From: Marine Group I thaumarchaeote
GTDB taxonomy: Archaea > Thermoproteota > Nitrososphaeria > Nitrososphaerales > Nitrosopumilaceae
Direction of reading: 5' to 3'
Length of the DNA stretch: 60,211 bases
Assembly (NCBI GenBank): GCA_044358425.1
Contig: CP054849.1
Span: forward strand, 416,073 to 476,283
Shown: piece after piece, positions 56,834 through 60,211 of the stretch
How positions within the stretch are numbered: the stretch's first letter is position 1
Layout: each line of letters starts with the position of its first letter
Made by a program: the position numbers and the translations under genes
The notes under the pieces: model-generated
Seen by the model: only the letters and a program-made list of their open reading frames with translations
What the model was told of the DNA's origin: nothing
The model's database searches: none

Positions 56834-58132
56834 ATGAAAGGTTCTCAAATTGGAATTATTGGTGGAGGAATTGTAGCTGTTGTGATTATTGCAGCATTGT
56901 TTGTATCTATGGGAACTCAAAATAATGCTACTCCGTTACCTGCTGAAAATGATGTCGTTATTCAATCTGAAGATAAATTGCTAGTTTATACAACATTTTA
57001 TCCATTGTACCAATTTACTCAAGGTGTTGCAGGTGATGCAGCTGATGTCCGAATTTTAATTCCAGCTAATGGAGATCCTCATGCATCCGAATTGGGACCA
57101 AAAACTATAGCTGCATTAACAAAAGCAGATATGGTGATTTTCAATGGTGTAGACTTTGAACCATACATTGATGAAATTATGTCTGCCTCTGATTTTGAAC
57201 ATATTGTATTTGTTGATTCATCAGAAGGCATTGAACTTATGGAAGGTGAATCTCATGATCATAGTTCCCATGGAAGTCATGGTGACGATAAACACGATGA
57301 CCATTCAAAAGAAGATGGACACGATGAACATGCTGAAGACTTTTACAAAGAGATTGAACATGTTATAGAAGAATTTGAAGCAGGTGAAATAACTCAATCA
57401 CAATCTATTGAAGAAATTGAGGAAATACTAAGTGAACACAAAGGAGACGGACATGGACATGAAGGTGAAATTGAAAATATTGAACATTTAATTTACGAAA
57501 TTGAAGATGGACACATTGACGGTGCAGAAGGATTAGAAGAAATCCATCATTTAGTTTCTGGTGAAGATGCACATGATGACCATGGGGGAGAAGGCATCGA
57601 CCATACTTATGACCCACACATTTGGCTTGATCCTATATTAGCAAAAGCTCAGGTAATGACGATTGCAGACCACTTACAAGAATCTGATCCTGTACATGCA
57701 GAAATCTACCATGATAATGCTATTTCATATGCTAACCAATTAGATCAACTGGATCAAGAAATCCGTAGTGATGTATCCTCTTGCGCAAAAGACACGTTTG
57801 TACCATTCCACAATGCATTTTCGTATTTTGCAGAAAGATATGATCTCAACACCTTGGCAGTAATACAGGAGTTTAGCCCTGAAACTCCTGTAACTGCAAA
57901 GGATATTGAAAAACTAATTCACTTTGCTGAAGATAATGACATAAAGTATTTCTTCACTGAAGAAAACAGAAATCCAAAACTAGCTGAAAGATTAGCCGCT
58001 GAATTGGGAGGAGATATCTTGTTGTTTAGTCCATTAGAATCTCTTTCTGAACGTGATGATCCAAGTACAACATACTTTGAAAAAATGAGACAAAATGTTG
58101 ATAACTTGCAAATTGCATTAGAGTGTAATTGA
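56834..58132 (+). CDS. Cluster A-I metal ABC transporter substrate-binding protein (ZnuA/AdcA-like) with a long His/acidic insert
   Basis: N-terminal TM helix, TTFYPLY, DPHA, DPHIWLDP, FHNAFSYF, PLE ligands; His-rich loop. Confidence 0.9.
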   Translation: MKGSQIGIIGGGIVAVVIIAALFVSMGTQNNATPLPAENDVVIQSEDKLLVYTTFYPLYQFTQGVAGDAADVRILIPANGDPHASELGPKTIAALTKADMVIFNGVDFEPYIDEIMSASDFEHIVFVDSSEGIELMEGESHDHSSHGSHGDDKHDDHSKEDGHDEHAEDFYKEIEHVIEEFEAGEITQSQSIEEIEEILSEHKGDGHGHEGEIENIEHLIYEIEDGHIDGAEGLEEIHHLVSGEDAHDDHGGEGIDHTYDPHIWLDPILAKAQVMTIADHLQESDPVHAEIYHDNAISYANQLDQLDQEIRSDVSSCAKDTFVPFHNAFSYFAERYDLNTLAVIQEFSPETPVTAKDIEKLIHFAEDNDIKYFFTEENRNPKLAERLAAELGGDILLFSPLESLSERDDPSTTYFEKMRQNVDNLQIALECN

Positions 58133-58162
58133 CAACATTTGTTCAAAATTTTAAAACATTGA

Positions 58163-58417
58163 TCAGGTAGATTTTTCTTTCTGAGGTTTATTTTGTTTTG
58201 CCCATTCTTCGTACATTTTCATTAATTCATCAACGTCTTTTCCCTCTTCAGAATATGTGACAATTACTCCAAATGTCCCTTTTTTATCGTGACCCCGTGC
58301 AAAATATCCCCAAAATGAGTCAGGTAATTTCTGAAAACTACTTGAATCATGTGAGACTCCTATCAAATTATTGCCAATTACTTCGATGACTTTTTTTGCA
58401 TCTTCTTTTTCTATCAT
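58163..58417 (-). CDS. Hypothetical protein
   Basis: 84-aa ORF. Confidence 0.65.
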   Translation of the reverse strand: MIEKEDAKKVIEVIGNNLIGVSHDSSSFQKLPDSFWGYFARGHDKKGTFGVIVTYSEEGKDVDELMKMYEEWAKQNKPQKEKST

Positions 58418-58526
58418 GATTTATGATTAACTTGTTACAATAAAAAGCTGAATATCTAGGCCTAAATTTTAGTAAATTCTTACTTTTACAAAAAACTTAT
58501 TGCTACCTTTGGCAATTTAGATCAAC

Positions 58527-58628
58527 TTGGATTGTCTTCAATGTGATGGAAAAGGAAAGTTCATGAATGAATTTGGCTTGATGGAAAAATGTACTTTCTG
58601 TAAAAACCCTGATTTGAGTTTTGGATAA
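58527..58628 (+). CDS. 33-aa zinc-finger microprotein with a DnaJ-like CxxCxGxG motif (not in the ORF track)
   Basis: TTG start; MDCLQCDGKGKFMNEFGLMEKCTFCKNPDLSFG. Confidence 0.6.
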   Translation: MDCLQCDGKGKFMNEFGLMEKCTFCKNPDLSFG

Positions 58629-58808
58629 TTTTAAAGACCATTTCAAAACTCTAATTTTTTTACAACAAGAAAGAACTGGAAAACATTGGACATAAATGAA
58701 TCCTAACATGAATTGTTTTCCTTACTCATCACTCTACTACGCAGACATGATGGTTTCTTGTTACCATTAGTACGTCAAAATAATATTTAAAATTGATCTT
58801 TTTTTAAA

Positions 58809-58946
58809 TTATTTTTTACTAACATGACCACATTTTTTACATGCGTATCTGACGTCTCCCTCATGTAATTCATTTTTACGAATAAGAACTGTAACTGGTT
58901 CATGACATTGTTTGCACACGCCATTGGGAAAATTACTATCATCCAT
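58809..58946 (-). CDS. 45-aa zinc-ribbon microprotein (not in the ORF track)
   Basis: MDDSNFPNGVCKQCHEPVTVLIRKNELHEGDVRYACKKCGHVSKK. Confidence 0.7.
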   Translation of the reverse strand: MDDSNFPNGVCKQCHEPVTVLIRKNELHEGDVRYACKKCGHVSKK

Positions 58947-59013
58947 AGTTATTTTTGAAATTTACTGAATATAACTAATACATTTTTGAATTTTTTACAT
59001 TTGTAAAACAAGA

Positions 59014-59316
59014 TTAAGACTTTGCAATATCGTAATCTTCTTTACCGTTACCAAATTTCTGTGTGATAATTTTAACTCTGTATTTCTTACCTTTTTGAAT
59101 ATCTTGGCACAATGTTGTGGGGGTTCCGTTATCATAAAATTTTGCAACTATCATCTTTCTTGACGTGTAGAATTTTTTTACTCCGTCAAATTCTTCTTCA
59201 GTCTCAAGATCTATCTCTAAAATTATTTCTTTTCCTACCTTGCGCTCATTTTTTTGTACATTAACGATGGTGAATACTCCTTTATCATCTAATTTTGAGA
59301 GTGATGCTTCAGCCAT
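59014..59316 (-). CDS. Beta-rich hypothetical protein (possible OB-like fold)
   Basis: 100-aa ORF with alternating hydrophobic strands; the fold guess is weak. Confidence 0.65.
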   Translation of the reverse strand: MAEASLSKLDDKGVFTIVNVQKNERKVGKEIILEIDLETEEEFDGVKKFYTSRKMIVAKFYDNGTPTTLCQDIQKGKKYRVKIITQKFGNGKEDYDIAKS

Positions 59317-59394
59317 TTCAATAATTGATGATTTTTTTAGTGATAAACCTCTTTCTGTTGCCTAATACTGAGTATTTCTTTTAAAAATAAAATA

Positions 59395-59493
59395 TTATGG
59401 GATTAACATCACTGCTGTACCCACAATTACTAGAAATCCTACAAAAAGAACCGAACGCTCTTTTTGGTCTCGTAGAAGTTTCTTTTCAAGCAT
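59395..59493 (-). CDS. Candidate 32-aa single-TM microprotein
   Basis: MLEKKLLRDQKERSVLFVGFLVIVGTAVMLIP. Confidence 0.5.
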   Translation of the reverse strand: MLEKKLLRDQKERSVLFVGFLVIVGTAVMLIP

Positions 59494-59622
59494 ACCTTTT
59501 ATTTTTTAATTAAGATTTTAAACAATGTATTTTATTTTAGAAAATTTATGATATGTACATTCAAATACTAATTTTTGATAGAACCGAATCACTTTTTTTA
59601 GTGGATGGTTTATGAATATTGT

Positions 59623-59715
59623 ATGGCCTTCACTCCTTGTCCTTCATGTCATCAACTAAGATTTGATAAAAAGGCAAATCGTTGTAATGATTGTGGTTAC
59701 CAAATAGGTAATTAG
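59623..59715 (+). CDS. 30-aa zinc-ribbon microprotein (not in the ORF track)
   Basis: MAFTPCPSCHQLRFDKKANRCNDCGYQIGN; stop 2 nt before the next ATG. Confidence 0.7.
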   Translation: MAFTPCPSCHQLRFDKKANRCNDCGYQIGN

Positions 59716-59717
59716 AA

Positions 59718-59912
59718 ATGAATATCAAAATGTGTAATCATATTGACGTATCTGGGGTAAGAATAGAAGTATCTCAATCTGTTTTTGCTTTATGCACTGT
59801 AAATGGAAAACAATTTGTTACTTATTCATGTAAAAATTGTTTTGATGAAATAAAGGAATTAGAGCATCAAATTATTTCTAAGGAAGAATTTGAAAAATAT
59901 TTGAATCAATAA
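59718..59912 (+). CDS. Small Cys/His metal-binding hypothetical protein
   Basis: CNH..C..CKNC in 64 aa. Confidence 0.6.
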   Translation: MNIKMCNHIDVSGVRIEVSQSVFALCTVNGKQFVTYSCKNCFDEIKELEHQIISKEEFEKYLNQ

Positions 59913-59958
59913 TTGTCTATATAGTGTGATTTTTTAATAGTATTTTTAGTAGATTATC

Positions 59959-60189
59959 ATGGGCCTATTGGGAAAAAGTAAAGAAAAATGTGATGCATGC
60001 AACAAACCATTTGAAGATCACGATGAACTTGTAGATCATCAAAAAAGAATTCATCCTCCAACTAAACCTTGTACCAAATGTTCTGGATTAATGGCCTGGG
60101 AAAGACAACATACTCAAGCATATGGAAATCTAATCTATGTTTGTAGAGAATGTGACTTTATTGGTGAAATGTGGCGATACTACCCGTAA
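59959..60189 (+). CDS. C2H2 zinc finger plus zinc ribbon protein
   Basis: CDAC..F....L..HQKRIH, then CTKC..CREC. Confidence 0.8.
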   Translation: MGLLGKSKEKCDACNKPFEDHDELVDHQKRIHPPTKPCTKCSGLMAWERQHTQAYGNLIYVCRECDFIGEMWRYYP

Positions 60190-60211
60190 CTGATTTTCGA
60201 CATTGTGCTAG

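Noticed and set aside
58503-58709. 68-aa minus-strand ORF from the track
   Set aside because: It has no recognisable features and overlaps a more convincing + strand CxxCxGxG..CxxC micro-ORF (58527-58628)

Overview
A very AT-rich (about 30% GC by eye) chromosomal segment of a marine ammonia-oxidising archaeon (Nitrosopumilaceae, Thaumarchaeota/Nitrososphaeria). The assignment rests on the archaeal rpl40e, PdaD, DPS-like protein, CdvC/ESCRT-III genes and A-ATPase F subunit, the leaderless TATA-driven genes, and the gene content. Most of the window is core housekeeping: sucCD, ileS, purD/purN/folD, uvrBAC, citrate synthase, carAB, ilvBN-leuA-leuB, ppa and a probable malonic semialdehyde reductase. 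Points of interest are: (1) a tRNA-Val(CAC) with a 19-nt non-canonical BHB intron at position 44/45; (2) a carA whose conserved N-terminus has no in-frame ATG/GTG/TTG and probably starts at ATT; (3) a GC-rich hairpin at about 2.85 kb that may be a stand-alone small RNA; (4) a TrmB-like regulator divergent from an ESCRT-III/unknown/CdvC unit, with a palindrome between them; (5) a cupredoxin on a natural 63-residue EAAAK-type helical stalk; (6) an accessory right end (55.7-60.2 kb) with a pentapeptide-repeat protein, an orphan His-rich ZnuA-like protein and at least six Cys-rich zinc-finger microproteins, four of them missed by the ORF track. I saw no CRISPR array, transposase, integrase or rRNA. 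Family assignments are from motif recognition and memory; no database search was run.
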